Part shown: positions 12,306 to 26,900 of the stretch, piece by piece | Layout: each line of letters starts with the position of its first letter | Numbering within the stretch: position 1 is the stretch's first letter | Source: Octopus bimaculoides | Lineage: Eukaryota | Assembly: GCF_001194135.2 (NCBI RefSeq) | Contig: NC_068997.1 | Coordinates: forward strand, 6,586,106-6,650,105 | Direction of reading: 5' to 3' | DNA: 64,000 nucleotides | The notes under the pieces: generated by a model | Told to the model about the DNA's origin: nothing | Databases searched by the model: none | Seen by the model: only the letters and a program-made list of their open reading frames with translations | Position numbers and translations under genes: made by a program

Positions 12306-13906
12306 GTCAGATCTAATTACTCTTTATCTAAATATCTGCTTTATTCACAATTTAGAATTAATCTTATTCTATTAATAGGAGGAGCCCTATTAATAGGTGT
12401 TTGCTTTCTCATTGGTAATGCTTTTCCCTATATATGCATAAATGTAATTCTTTGCCTAAATTGCATTTCATATTTGAGGTTCCAATGAAGCTATGAGAAT
12501 GTTACTCAGGTACTCAACTATGAGTCCACTGCATTTCTCAGCAGAAACAACTAATGAAATTTATAAGATAATTGTTTATTCCTTTGTCTCATTTCATTTT
12601 CTTATTACAGCTCTGTACTTGACTAATGCTTCATTCTGTAGCATATTCCTATTGAGTTCTACACCAGGTTATGAGAATTGCAGTAAGTGAAATCACCATC
12701 ATCTAAAACAAATATAAATACACACACACATATTTCATTTCTGTTTTGTAAGAAACATGATAGTGACGGAATATACTAAATTCTTGATTCATGCATCATT
12801 AACTAAGACAAAAAACACTTTGTGTAACCAACAACAATAATAACAACAACAACAACAACAACATAAATATTAGTGCATTTAATTACTATACTGGGATAAA
12901 GTGGATGAAAAATGTCTTACCATCCATTTGATGTCCATGGATGTGAGAGAATGGAAGAAAGAGAAGGCAAGCATTAGAGGAACGCTACGAGGAGATTATG
13001 ACTTGAGAGAAGGGCAACAGAATGATGATAAAAGATTAATATAGTTCAAATATAAATTAGTCTTATTTATTTTTATATCACAAATGGTCTTCCATCATTT
13101 CATTTTCTCATAAATAATGACAACAATGATGATGATGATGATGATGATGATGACTATTGACAACAGCTACTTGAAAAACAATTTGATTATTAATAATTGT
13201 ATCATTTTCACAGTTAAAAACAAACACTGAGAGTATTCCAAACATTTTACTGGTTGCGGAGCACTGCTCTATAGCACCCATTTTAATATATTCACTTGTT
13301 ACAAGTATAACTGCTTTTTATTTTTTAAAAATATACTGAAATATATTCACAAGCATTGTTACATGTAGGACAATTAAAAATCTTCTTAATTCAATAATAA
13401 TATTTTCCAGTTTCTAATGATGATATTTGTTCACAAGAACATATTAAAACCCTCACCAAACTTACCTTAATGGCTCAAACCAAAATAAAATATCTGTTAT
13501 CTCTCCAAGAGACAAGTGATAAATTTCATATGTGTCTGTTTATGATGTCTTCACATCAGTCATTAAATCACATTCACTGATGCAAATTGCAAAATATCTT
13601 ACGTTTTCAAATACAATCTGAAAATGTTTGTTGCATTATGCAATGATGTTTCCTAAGAGTAAAGTATTGAACACAGAAAGACTGCCTTTATTCTGAGTAT
13701 AACAGCTCCATTAATTTCGTTCTAATGTGACTTTTGGCCGATGTAATTAGAAAGAAGTGTTTCTAGAATAATACAGACACATTTAGTTATCAACTGACAA
13801 TGAAGAGAAAGAACCACAAACCCTTCATTAAGAGAAGTTGGGGAGAAAGGGGAAAAATAAATAAAATATAGAGTATAATCACAGCTGGAACAAGAGGAAA
13901 GCCATA

Positions 13907-13995
<89 letters not shown>

Positions 13996-14703
13996 TGAAA
14001 CAATTAAGTGAATGACAGCAAGGACAGATCTAAGTATTTCAAAGATATTTGCTGAGGTGATGAAAAAATATTAGGAGAAATTGATGTTATATGTCATATT
14101 AGTCACATGATTAACTGATTAGACTTGAAAGTGTTGTAGTCAATGGTATAGCAGTTCCATCATCAATTACTGAATAAGATGTAGTAAAGAAGAAAAGAGT
14201 TTTTCAGGTTAATGGATCAAGTTACAAAGATAATAAAAAGTGTGAAGGCAAAGTTAGAGTAAGATAGATTTGAGTTGCTTTGAATGCAGTTTGACCTTAT
14301 GAAAGGGCATGGTACTACAGGGTCTATTCTTCTGCAGAAATAAGTGTAAAAGGCAAATAACCATCTTTTGCATTTATTGAACTAGGAAAGTAGTAGTAGG
14401 TCATTTCTGAAGGACCCCCTGGTCTCAGAAAAGAGGATACAGAGTTGGGAGATCCAACACACTCAACATGGAAAGGAGGTAGTAGTGGTGGTGGTGGTGG
14501 TGATGATGGTGATGATGATGATAATGGTGATAGTGATTACAATATAATTAGAAATGATCCTTTAAATGAGGGTCAAATATTTTCGGTTAATCTTACGTCA
14601 TTTAAGGATTTAAAAATAAAGAACAAAACAAGAAAATAAAGTATGAATATTTCAACAAAACAAACATAACAGTAAAAATTAATGAAATTGTTTTTCTACT
14701 GAC

Positions 14704-14829
14704 CAAGAGTAATAGAGGAGTTAGAAATCACAATTGCATCATCCATATTAGTCTGTAACCGTTGCTGACCATCTCGAAGGCCATCATATGCTGTTAACAT
14801 AACATTTTCTTTCTCTTTGGTACTTTTAC
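14704..14829 (-). CDS. AGAP1: Exon (possibly cassette): PH-domain insert ((G)KSTKEKENVMLTAYDGLRDGQQRLQTNMDDAIVISNSSITL)
   Basis: Acceptor poly(T)gcatag, donor G|gtcagt, 126 nt, open frame in phase 1-1 matching both flanking exons; not in the ORF track. Confidence 0.8.
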
Positions 14830-16757
14830 CTATGCAAAAAAAAAAAAGGATAAACATTTTTTTTTTTTTTTTCCTGGTCTTTTGAAATCCTTTTTACTTA
14901 ATTTGCTAACTTTCCAAGTTAGGAAAAAGAGATCAAAACACAACATTAAATTTGGTCACAAAACATTACTTGTGGCTGCAGGATTTCTTTGCTTTAGCCT
15001 CAAAAAGGAAAATGGGATTAAACTGAAAATTATTGGGGAACAAAAATGTTTTCCAAGTTATTTAGGAATGAAAAGTGACAAAAAAATTTCAAATGAAAAA
15101 CTAAATGTTAAATTCTATAAATTAAATACAATTAAATTTTCTGTAAAATGAAAAGAAAAATTCTAGCAACACAGAATCCTAAGTTAATAAAATGATGATG
15201 ATGAAAGGTCCTTTATTGAATTTACTGTGGAATTTCTTTGAAGAAATAGTGCAGATAGGAGAAAACAAAAACAAAACAGGATTAATTTTACATTAGAGTA
15301 TTTCAGAGAAAATTTCTCATTACATTGCAAAATAATATCAATATTATTTTCATAAAATTCACGTTAAAATGTTGAAGTTAAACTTGAATATTTCTTGAGA
15401 GGTCAAGACAGAAACGAGAAATAAATCTCAAGTAGATCTCAATCCCCAAATGAGATGAACACTCCAGTGCATTTACCAATTCTAATACCAGAAACATCCA
15501 TTCATTTATTCTGAAAGAGTTGGCCATATCAATAGCAACTGATGCTACAAGGCAACAATGGTAAAACTTCTGCTTTTGCCAAAAAGGCTCCTAACTTATA
15601 ATAATGGTCAAAATTCAAAAACTCCAGCCTTGTCTCAGAAGAGAGTGCAGCATGTTTTTGATATCTAGAAAGGAAGTACATCAAATCCAATTCTATGATT
15701 GAAAGTAACCATTATTTTCTAAGGTTACTGTCTTCATGGTTAGCATTAGTTATCATTAATATTGAGAACATGTCCAAAGCTTACTCTATGACAGAGAAAG
15801 ATAGACAAACCAAAGAAAGATCAATGGTAGAACTGATAGAAACCGATTCTGCTCCTACTTCACAAATGAGTGGTCAGAAGTAACAAGGGTAACCAACTAT
15901 AAAAATCAATTTCTAAAGCAAAAATCATCCCACCCAGGCTAGATTTGGAGTAAAACATAAACACATATTCAATGTTATCAAATGGGATCAAATCAACCTC
16001 ATGGAATTAGCAGCCAAATCTCCCTCAAATCAGACCTTATTGTTTCTAAAAATAAAAAATGCAGATTCAACAATGTAGGACTAAAAATACGTCTGAAAAT
16101 AAGACAAAATATTTGAATCTACCAATTGTTTGGATCTCAGGCCTGTTTCAATTAGGGCTGAGCTGGGGTTAAAGAACAATGCATATAGAATATAAATAAG
16201 CACAGATATTAAGTCAAAATGAAGAGCACAAGTAGAAACATAGACACAACTGTCCCTTCATCAGCTGTTGATGAGGGTCAAAATGATTTCAGTTCTTCAA
16301 CAAAAGGACTGTGTGCTTCAAAGTGCTAATAGAGTCTATAGCAAATGCTACTAAGGAATGGTTTAGTTAGGAAAAGTGAATGGGACAGTGTCACATGAAA
16401 TAATGATTTTGCAATAACATGAAGCCAGATGACAAACCCATCTATTTACTGCTCTAACAACAGCAACAACAACAGATTGATTATATTTTAAGCATTCAGT
16501 CTTTAACATTTGAAGAGTGACATGAATTATTTATGTAAACAAAAATATAAAAAATAAAAAAAAAGAAGAGCTAAATAAATCTTTCTAAAGTTATTAACAG
16601 AAACAATACAGTTTGAAGATTTTAAACCTACCAAGTAATACAAGCAAACTGGTTCATAAATCTCAATTTCTAGCTATGATAAAACTTTGGCTTTAGAATA
16701 TAATCTGCAGAGCAGTTAACGAGTAAAATATTCCTAAGACTAAAGCACAGAAAATAC

Positions 16758-16896
16758 CATTTGTTGTCATACTTGCTGGCCCCATTACAGATGGATTGGT
16801 GGATATCCCTCGGCTGCCCTTTGGTCGCAGACCAGGAATTTTCACTGTCGTCCGCACCAAATTAATCTCTTTACCATGCACTTCATCCATATAGTC
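16758..16896 (-). CDS. AGAP1: Exon: PH domain (DYMDEVHGKEINLVRTTVKIPGLRPKGSRGISTNPSVMGPASMTTN)
   Basis: Acceptor ctttttaacag; donor G|gtattt, or in-frame alternative A|gtatga ending at 16773; DYM..VHGKEI.L..TTVK.PG motif. Confidence 0.93.
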
Positions 16897-18424
16897 CTGT
16901 TAAAAAGATAAAACAATCATAGAAGGAAAATTCTAATTTTTTTTCAAAATTTATTATCAAAAGATATTAATATTCTATTAGTCATAATAAGATGAAGTAA
17001 TTAAAAACAAAGAGTCACATATCTACAATATTAATATGCTTGTGCCCCATAATGTCCATGAGGCTTAAAAAAAAAAGCTTCCATTTACAGAGGGAAAAAT
17101 AAGGAAACCCACAGACTTATAAGCCTTAGCCACCACAAGTGATATACTGAGAACTGTAATAGTTTGTCATTAAAATGGTGGATTGTATGTAGGGATGTTA
17201 GTTAATGGTGGTGGTGATGGTGGTTATAGTAAGTAGGTGACGGAAAACACTTGATTTTTAGCATACACACTAAGGTGCCTCTGTTAAATTGTCATCTGCT
17301 ATCAATGAAGATCGGACCAGTTATTTATTTACTTGATTTTGTAAAATACAGACAGATAACATGAGCTAAAATGAGAGAGAGAACAAGAGCGGAGAAAAAG
17401 AAGAGGTAAGGGTAGAAGGATGAATCACTGGAATAAGCCAGAGAGCAGCAGAGAAGAGAAAATATGAAAGAAAGACAATGCAATGAATATGGACAACAAT
17501 GAAAGAAAGAATTCACAGAAACAAACTCTGCAGATATCTTAGTTGTGAACAACCCTGAATGTCTTGGACTGAGATAGGTTTATAATATCTTTCTTCAATA
17601 ATGTTATTTTTTATTTGCTAATATTTATTCATTATAAAAACTATCTAAATAATAGTTAGATTCAATTACCAATGACTTCATTCTTAAACAAGAGAGAGTT
17701 GTTATGGCTTATCTCACTGGTTAAATTATACTCTCTTGAATAAGATGAAAATTATATATATNNNNNNNNNNNNNNNNNNNNNNNNNNNNNNNNNNNNNNN
17801 NNNNNNNNNNNNNNNNNNNNNNNNNNNNNNNNNNNNNNNNNNNNNNNNNNNNNNNNNNNNNNNNNNNNNNNNNNNNNNNNNNNNNNNNNNNNNNNNNNNN
17901 NNNNNNNNNNNNNNNNNNNNNNNNNNNNNNNNNNNNNNNNNNNNNNNNNNNNNNNNNNNNNNNNNNNNNNNNNNNNNNNNNNNNNNNNNNNNNNNNNNNN
18001 NNNNNNNNNNNNNNNNNNNNNNNNNNNNNNNNNNNNNNNNNNNNNNNNNNNNNNNNNNNNNNNNNNNNNNNNNNNNNNNNNNNNNNNNNNNNNNNNNNNN
18101 NNNNNNNNNNNNNNNNNNNNNNNNNNNNNNNNNNNNNNNNNNNNNNNNNNNNNNNNNNNNNNNNNNNNNNNNNNNNNNNNNNNNNNNNNNNNNNNNNNNN
18201 NNNNNNNNNNNNNNNNNNNNNNNNNNNNNNNNNNNNNNNNNNNNNNNNNNNNNNNNNNNNNNNNNNNNNNNNNNNNNNNNNNNNNNNNNNNNNNNNNNNN
18301 NNNNNNNNNNNNNNNNNNNNNNNNNNNNNNNNNNNNNNNNNNNNNNNNNNNNNNNNNNNNNNNNNNNNNNNNNNNNNNNNNNNNNNNNNNNNNNNNNNNN
18401 NNNNNNNNNNNNNNNNNNNNNNNN

Positions 18425-18472
<48 letters not shown>

Positions 18473-19084
18473 CAATTCAGCAAATGAGTGTTTTAGGCCT
18501 ACAAAATCCCATGTTTTTCACTTCATCAAAATTATTATCTTTTTTGTTTTTTGTGTGTATGCATAAATAGATATATTCTTCTATAAACATTTAATCTCTC
18601 CACTACTTTAACTATTCATATTTTTAGATGTCAAGTCAATATGTTAGCTTCATTTAAGTCCTAACTTTTACTCACATCTGTAACTTTATCTAAATCTAAC
18701 ATCAAGCTTTTCCACTAAATTTCAAACACTTCAAACAATCCAAGTCGGATATATTTTCTTTAATTAATTTGAAAAAGTGGGTGTTTTGCAATATCTTGCA
18801 GCTGTCTCGACAGGGGTTTATTATTGTGAAAAAGTGAACTAGTGAGGAGGAGAGGTGAGCTTGCACGAGAAGAGCTTCTCTCAGACTCACAGCAAAATCA
18901 TATACCAAGTCTAAATTCACACTGTGGTACAGGATCAAGTCTCTTTAGTATTACCTGTGCAAGGATTTTATTGAGAACAGGTAGCAAGTGTCACTGTAGG
19001 GGTTTTCAGTCATGGTATACTTTCCTTTTTCCTTTGCACACTTACCTGATTGATGATACACAGAAAAATCTTATAAAATTTTAT

Positions 19085-19310
19085 CTTCAAATTTTGGCAC
19101 AAGGACCAGGAAGTTTAGAAAGAGCGGAGGGGGGACGGTTAAGTCGATCATATCAACCGACCCACTGTTTAGCTGTTACTCATTTTAATGACCTCGAGAG
19201 GATGAAAGGCAAAGTTGACCTCGGCAGAATTTGAACTCGGAACATAAGCATGGATGAAATGCCACTAAGCATGTGGCCTGGGGTGCTAACAATTATGCCA
19301 AGCTCATTGC
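19085..19310 (+). mobile_element. SINE-like interspersed repeat (same family)
   Basis: ggatgaaaggcaaagttgacctcggcagaatttgaactcggaac core. Confidence 0.7.
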
Positions 19311-20230
19311 CTTATGTTCTCATAAAATATTAATGAGTTAAATGATTTATAAGTTTCTATAAAGATGGTGCTAAAGGGAACTTCATTCCTACCTTGATTT
19401 CTTACACGTTTAAATATAGTTTCTTTTATTATTTGGTTTTGGATGAATAAAACTACAACATTGACAACATGAGAACCAGGCGGTTCTGGCAACGACTACG
19501 CTCATGCTCAAAAGGTGTTTTTAGCTATTTCTGGCAGATTGCACAAACTAAATTTGTTTTTGAGTGTTCTAACAATCTTCCGTGGCATATGTTATGTAGC
19601 CAAGATAATTGTTAGAAATTTTAGATAAAACAGTTTATGGTGTGTTTACCTAACTTAATCTCAATAATTTTGAAGTTTGAGCATTAAATTAACTGACAGT
19701 TGCTGCATGGTTCAATTGTTGTTGAGGAGACAACATGATACATATTTTTTCTTTTAAACTCTTGCATTTTCATGTTACTGAAAATTAAACATTTTGTTTC
19801 AATAGATCAACAGTCTTGGCAAAGATATTTTAATTCCCTCTAAATGTTTCTCAAAATATCCTAAAAGTTTAATGTGATTTACTTGAGTATAAAGAAGACA
19901 AAGCAAGTGACTAGTATCAAACAGCTTAACCAACTCATGTGCACTTGAAAGAAGGGGGGGGGCATATACACACACCTCCCTTAAAAGTTTGTTTCAGATA
20001 AAAGTTACAAGAAACATGTATAGTTTATGTTCAAATTTAAACTTTTAGCATTTTCACTTCTTTTAATTGTTAGGAAACTGTAAATCAACAAAATTGCTGC
20101 AACTTTGTTCAAAGAAAAGAAACACCTTCAAGTTAAACAATAAAAATTTCAAATGCTTTCATATGATTTAAACTTAATAGATTTACAGTAATACACTTTA
20201 GTTACTGCATAAATATTATCAAGTACTTAC

Positions 20231-20332
20231 ATGTAAACTAGGATGATAGGTCAATCTGCCATCATCTAACAAAGCCACATACTTTTTCTTCCATTCTTTG
20301 TTCAAGCCATGGCTTCGTTTGTATAAATAACC
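20231..20332 (-). CDS. AGAP1: Exon: PH domain N-terminal strands ([34 protein letters not shown])
   Basis: Acceptor ttttcattcag, donor CAT|gtaagt, 102 nt, phase 0-0. Confidence 0.97.
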
Positions 20333-20353
20333 CTGAATGAAAAGACAGGAAAG

Positions 20354-20525
20354 ATCATCATCATCATCATCATCACCATCATCATCAAGCATCCGTTTTT
20401 CCATGCTGGCATTGGTTGGACATTATGACAGGAGCTGGTAAGGTGGAGGACTGACCAGGCCCCAGTCATCTGTTTTGGCAAGGGTTCTACAGCTGGATGC
20501 CCTTCCTAACACCAACCACTTTACA
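20354..20525 (-). mobile_element. Diverged RTE 3'-end copy with (GAT)n tail, ~20 nt upstream of the PH exon acceptor
   Basis: ctacagctggatgcccttcctaacaccaaccact is the reverse complement of the family core; (atc)n tail. Confidence 0.7.
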
Positions 20526-20893
20526 GCACACACACACACACACACACACAAATACATGCACATACATTATATTCTTGAAAATGCAAGAGAACATTATACA
20601 GAGTTGAATTTTTTTCTGGACGTTCAGACAGAGAAAACTTTAATCTGAATTGTTTTAAATTCAAATTACGACAAACGTAAACAAGCAAGCGAAGCTTGCT
20701 TTTAGAAGCGTTGAGATGTCTTTTTTATAGAAAGTTAAAGAAGTGATGTTTAAATTCTCAATCGCAGAATAATGCTAATAATATAGCCTGAACAGGATAA
20801 ACTATCCCTATTTTTGCAGAGAAAAGTGTAGGTGGCCAGCTGCTTTAACCTTTCAATTAGAAAAAAAAAAAAAGTAATAATCATTTCCATTAC

Positions 20894-20962
20894 CTGTTTT
20901 ATAGGTATAACTCGACCACTTCCTAGTTTTTCTGTTTCTAATTTTTTCTCATCATCCTTTTT
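20894..20962 (-). CDS. AGAP1: Exon: pre-PH linker (KKDDEKKLETEKLGSGRVIPIKQ)
   Basis: Acceptor ctttcttactacag, donor CAG|gtaatg, 69 nt, phase 0-0; GSGR.IPIKQ AGAP motif. Confidence 0.95.
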
Positions 20963-23900
20963 CTGTAGTAAGAAAGAGTGTTATGAATATTAGTGGGGGA
21001 AAACATGAACAAAAAGGAAATTTGTAACCAATGTTGACTGAAAATATTTTTGACTGTAGTCATGTATACATATTCTTCCCTTTTTTTGTTTAGAATAGAA
21101 TTTCTTTGATTTTATTTTTAGAAATTTATATTTGATTTTTGTCATTTATAACCTCCTGTTTACACCAACACTGAACATACGTATGAACAAATAATACGCA
21201 AATAACAAAATATAAAGAGTAAGAAAAATATGATGAATAGAGAAAGATGTCATAATGGTGTATATGATTAATTATTATGTAATCAAATTTCATTTAATTA
21301 GTGCAATACCAATAATTTCCATAGTGTCTTACAGTAGTAACATTTAGTATCTCTTAATGATTCTGAGAAAATTGTTACTACTTCTGTGGTAGAAGAATTA
21401 ATGTAGAAGAGTTAGGTTATAGGCTTTGAATTATCTAGATCAATTTCAGACTTAAAATTCTATTTTCCTTACACATTTCTAAGATAAAGGATTACTATGG
21501 GAATCTCAAAATGTTTTGCACTTACATAAAATTGGCCATTAAATTTGACACAATACATTCCTATTCTAAAGAACAATGACCGCACGGTTAGCGATATTGA
21601 AATTTTGTGAGTTGCATTCAAAAGCCAAGAAAAATAATTTTTATGATAAAAAGTATCTTTATATATAAAAAAAACAAAAAACAAAATGTCAAGCTGGCAA
21701 GAAAACTTCTATGTGGTTGCACATTATACGAGTAATAGCAGCCATATCTCCTTGAAATCCAATTCTTCTATTGTCTTAAAAAAGGACATAGTGGACATGT
21801 TCTAAATATACAAACAGATGAAATGGTCACAACAAGAATACCTTTGACCATAGTTCAAAAAGGGATGAGATATGAGGCTAAACAACAATAATCATTATAA
21901 GAATATATCACCACAAGAGATTCTAGAATTACAGATTGAAACACAGACAACAAGGATTACTAAATGATTATTCATGACAACTATGAAATTGTTTAAGATG
22001 ATAGAAAATGAAGAAATATGTTGGGGTGAAAACAGTTCACATTTACTTCCCTGTACAATGTGAATGACTGACAGTCAGATCTCTTAGAGTATTAATGTCA
22101 GAGTCTGACTTTTCTGATGTCATATTCTTCTGAAGACAACTTTGACCATTATTGCACTGGAGTCAATAAAAGGAGCAGTAGTTGATTTATTTGTTTTTCA
22201 TTTATAAACAGTTTTAAAATGTTACTGTGTTTATTAAATCAAGTATGAGGTTAGTTTTCAGCTTCCATTTAAAACTAGTTACGGAAAAAGTAGCATCAAG
22301 TATTGCAAGACCTATTTGATTTCTCCCAGAGATTTCAGATTTAGCCATTTAAAAGAAACAAGGATTTCTAATTTTTATTTATTAAACCAATCAAATACCA
22401 TAAACTGATTTATTTAAAGACATGGACTCACTAAGCTTAAAAGCAGGACAGAAATTACAAGCAAAACAAGAACCAGTTAAGAAAAGAGGCAGAGAAAACA
22501 GGTGTCGTAAAAAAGACACGAATGGGTAGGAAGTCAAGGTAAAAAGATTAGTACAAACTAATAGAAGACAATCAACAGTATTTTGCAAACCTAGTTAACT
22601 GTAAAAGTATAGATAGCAGCAATGTTGTAATAAAATCTCTAAGTTCACAAAAATGATCTTTCTATAAAACTGGAGAGAGTTTAGAATATCATTTAACAGG
22701 ATTTTATATATTGTTCACATATTTCTTTTAATACTGTAAATTGATTAAAAAGGATGAAACTTGATAACAAGCATGGATAGACATGTATATGTGGTCATAG
22801 AATTAAGCTGAAGCAAGCAAAGATTGGTAATATACTTCTAATGAAAACACTTAGTTGCTAATTATATAATAATTAACTAATTTTAAAACATTTCATTAAA
22901 TAGTATGTTGTGTATAAAATCCATTATATGAAAATGGAACCCTTAAAAAAGAACTGATAATGAAATAAGTGTTACACTGATACAATTATTAATCTTATCC
23001 ACCTTGTAAAAGTAAAGCTATCTTTCCAACTGACAAATAACTCAACTTATTAAACGGTTACTTTGATCTCTGTAAAACAATATTAATAATATTTAGATAC
23101 ACATTAAAATAATAATGTTAACTGAAAATGTATTGTTTAATCACAAATAATTGTTCAGAAGTTAACTGCCATGCATTACTGAGGTTTAACTGATTTTAGC
23201 TTCGTTTACGCTTGAAAATATGCTAGTAATATTTTGAAAGAAAAACATTTATATCCACGGGAATAAATCTTATGAAGACTTAGCGAAATTGTTTTGCTTA
23301 CATATCAACTAAAGACAAAAAAAAAAAAAATCTACTGAATCTGTTTCATATAAGAAATGATTTCTTCCTCCTCAGATGTAGCTATGTAGAAGTAACAGTT
23401 GAAGAACAGAATTTGTAAAATGATCATAAACAATTTAATACAAACAGAAGAAAAGGTTTGTCTCTGTGATAAAGCCTTACCAATAGGCTTCAAAATCTCT
23501 ATGTTTAATAATATATATAAGTTTTTCCAAGTAACTCTTTAGATTATGACACATTGTCTTTCTAGTTTGCCAAAAACGTTATGAACCCTCCTGCAAAGTA
23601 AGAGTCTGGTTATACGATTTGGCAACAACAGAGAAATTGAAGTGATGATTTTAAGGGATCAATAAATAAAAACAAAGGGAAAAAATAAAAATAAAAAGAA
23701 TAGTTGAAAAGTCTCAAGAAACAAGCAGGGCAATATAAGGGTAACAAGAAGACAATGAAACAAACGAAAATGTTCCAACATTCTGTCCAAGAGAACTGAT
23801 CATGGACAATACACTAAAATACAGGCAACAGAAAGCAAATGGAATGAAAGCTGTGAATGGTGTTGAGAGAAAACACCAATATTAAGATGCTGCTAACTGA

Positions 23901-26900
23901 TGTTTGCAAAATACAAAAGCAACAATATCAAATAAAGTATAAAATAAAGAAGTTTTGTGGAGCAAAATAATTATGAAACTTAGAATCTAATAAGATAAAG
24001 AAAAACTTGATTGGAATATAATGACAACATCAAGAACAACAATAATAAACCAAAAGCTCACAACATAACCTTAGACCACATATTTTCTAGTTTTAGAATT
24101 AATTTCTTTCATTATTTGTTTTAAAAATAATAAAAAGAAAATTTAATCACTGATGTTTTTTTTTTATATATTTAAAATTAATTCTTGAAACAACAAAGGA
24201 AAATAAGTACAAGATATTCTATTCCTTTTTTTACTTTTTTTGTTTTTAAGTTGTCTTCTGTTTAAATAGTAAATGTTTATGAAGTAATAATACAAACCAA
24301 TGTTTGATGATTCTAAAAGTAATCATCAATAATGAAGAAAATTCACTTCAATGGAATAGGAGATACAATTTTTAGCATTTTATCACAACAGAGAGAAAAT
24401 GAATTATGAGAGCCATCTAAAAAAACATGGTAATAAATCTATTTACAACAGAAACAGAAAAAGAAAACATACAAAAGAACTGTTGGGAGGAACAAAAGAT
24501 TTGCAAGAGAGTGAAAGGTGGAGATTATTTGAAAATGAAGCTGTTAATAATATTAAAAATAATGAAAAGATACAATCTTTGTAATATAAATTTACCAAAA
24601 ATTGGATGAACAGAATGTAAAGAGTATAGCTATGAAGCTGTTAGATTGCGATTTAGAATACATCTGGCATTGTTTGAAATGATTACTGTTAGCATGTGAC
24701 CTAAATATTAATGCAATGGTTGGAATTAATGGGATGAAGATCTGGTTAAATAGATGGGATCATTACAAGCACAAAAGTAGCATTATTTTTCTATGTTATG
24801 AAGTTAAAAGAAGATAACAACAATGGGTCTTTCAATACATTTTCAGTTTTTAACAACTTAACTGTCATGGAGATCAGTTTATTTAAAAGATAAGTTATGG
24901 AAATAAAATTGACTCTATGATGGGAATAATATAGCTTTATATATTTAAAACTGTATGACCTCATATGATTCTAAACAAATAGTAATCAGGATTAACATAT
25001 TAACATTACTGAGCAAAGAAAATTAGAGCTTAAAGCTTTGTTTGAAACAGAAGTGATTCGAATTAACAAATGCATGTGAAATGGATATGAGGGTTGATAT
25101 TACTTCTACTAGTTCCAGACTAAGAGGTGTAAACATAAATTTCTAGAAATAAGTGATTTTGATAAATAAACTATAAAAAAAAATTCTACCTTTCCTGATT
25201 TATCAGCTGATAAGAAAAATTTACAATTAAATTCTAATTAAACCAAAACCAGGAATTTAATTTGTTTCTATATAAATGATTGACTATCATCATTCTAACA
25301 TGCTGCTTGCATTGAGTTAGCAATAAACAAACAAACCTGCTGCATCTACTCTGAGTTTTAAAAAAATCTGAAAAATCTAGTTTGTATTTAAAGCAAATTT
25401 CACCACAACAGGGCTTTCATCATCATCTTTATTAGAAGACATTATTATTAGAACTGACTGAGAAAAAAGAAAATGGTGAAACTGCAAAATAAATTCATCT
25501 GAAAGTAACCTGTAACCTGTATATGTAAATACAAAACAACATTACTCTAATAATATGAGTAGAGATTATGGTGAAGCTGGTTGGAAATGGAAACATTTCA
25601 AGTAAAGATTGTATGTTCACAAACTGCTTCACTTTTGAATTTTTGAAATAAGTAAAACAGCTGGTTTCATATCACCACTAATCCAACAAAGCTTCGCTTT
25701 AATACTTTTCTTACACACTTAAGTAAGGCAAAATAATTTAGACATTTAGTTGGATATGTTTTAACAGAATAAAGTAGTTTTAAAAATCATATTTTTAAAA
25801 TGACAGTATATAACATTAATTGTATGTTATAACTGCAAGATAATTCTTCTTCAAGATAAAAGAAAAAGGAAGGGAGATATTTTTACAAGCATGGAAATTG
25901 AATAATTGAAATCTTTTCAAAATTTCGAGTCTAACGGTTAATGCTCTTGATACCTTAATTATGATTATAGTTTAATCTAAGCTCTTTGATTGTAATACTT
26001 TATTAGAGATATATCTTCATAAGAGCAACTTAAAAACATTTTTCAGTCACAGTCAAAATGTGTAAATGTGTTTAATTCAAAGTTTTAAAAAAATAGAAAA
26101 GATAAAAAAAGAAGTGCTTTAGCTTGATTTCATCATAATTTGTAAAGCAACAGGAAAAAATAAATTAACGCACACTTCCATTAATCAGATTATTAAATGG
26201 AGAAAAGTTTAAATTATAATTTAACAGATCAGAAAAAGTGAAAAATATTATTTACGGATTGCTTCTAAATATTTATCTTTCAGTTTATTTTATTCATTTT
26301 GCATTTTAAGCTATAAAAGGAGAAAGAGCAAACAACTATGCAATTTTGGTTCTACCTTCTGTTTTGATTGGATATTTTCATCTTGTTAACTAATTAAATT
26401 CTTAGTCTTTAGATTTCATGTTAGAGATATTTTATTGTTGAGTAAATGGACTAAATTCACGAAGTGTTCTCATGAGTAGCTTAGTTAATAGAACTTAGAG
26501 CAAGTAAACTATTTCTGGATGCAACCAACTAAAGGTAAACACAGAAGCCTAAAAATTAACCAGTCCCCAAACTCCTGGGGCTCTTTGCTTAGTCAGGTGT
26601 CTGCAGCAGAAAATGAATAAGAGATAAGAACAAGAAACCTTAAAATTGGATGCTAGTCTATACAGGTAACTTCCCCCAGAAGTTCCACTTTTGACACATA
26701 TGTGAAGTGGGAGTTTAAAAAAACCATCCACTTGAACCAACTAACTTTTCACTTATACTAAAAGAGATCTGTATAAGGGAAAACTTGTGCCATTGTTGTA
26801 TGTATGATAAACTATCAAGCTATAACTGCTTTCATACAAGATACGATAAAAGCCAAGTTACAAATATTTGATTGATGAAAATGTTATCTACTGTCACACA

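Noticed and set aside
15500-15664. Possible PH-insert exon after acceptor cctttctag (DIKNMLHSLLRQG...)
   Set aside because: The required phase-1 frame hits TGA and there is no canonical donor before it.
19023-19070. Strong CAG|GTAAGT donor at 19046
   Set aside because: Only a weak AAG acceptor upstream, and an insert would break PH core strands; treated as a cryptic site.
23302-23308. 7-nt segment between a strong poly(T) acceptor and gtaagc
   Set aside because: Frame-shifting and too short to support without reads.
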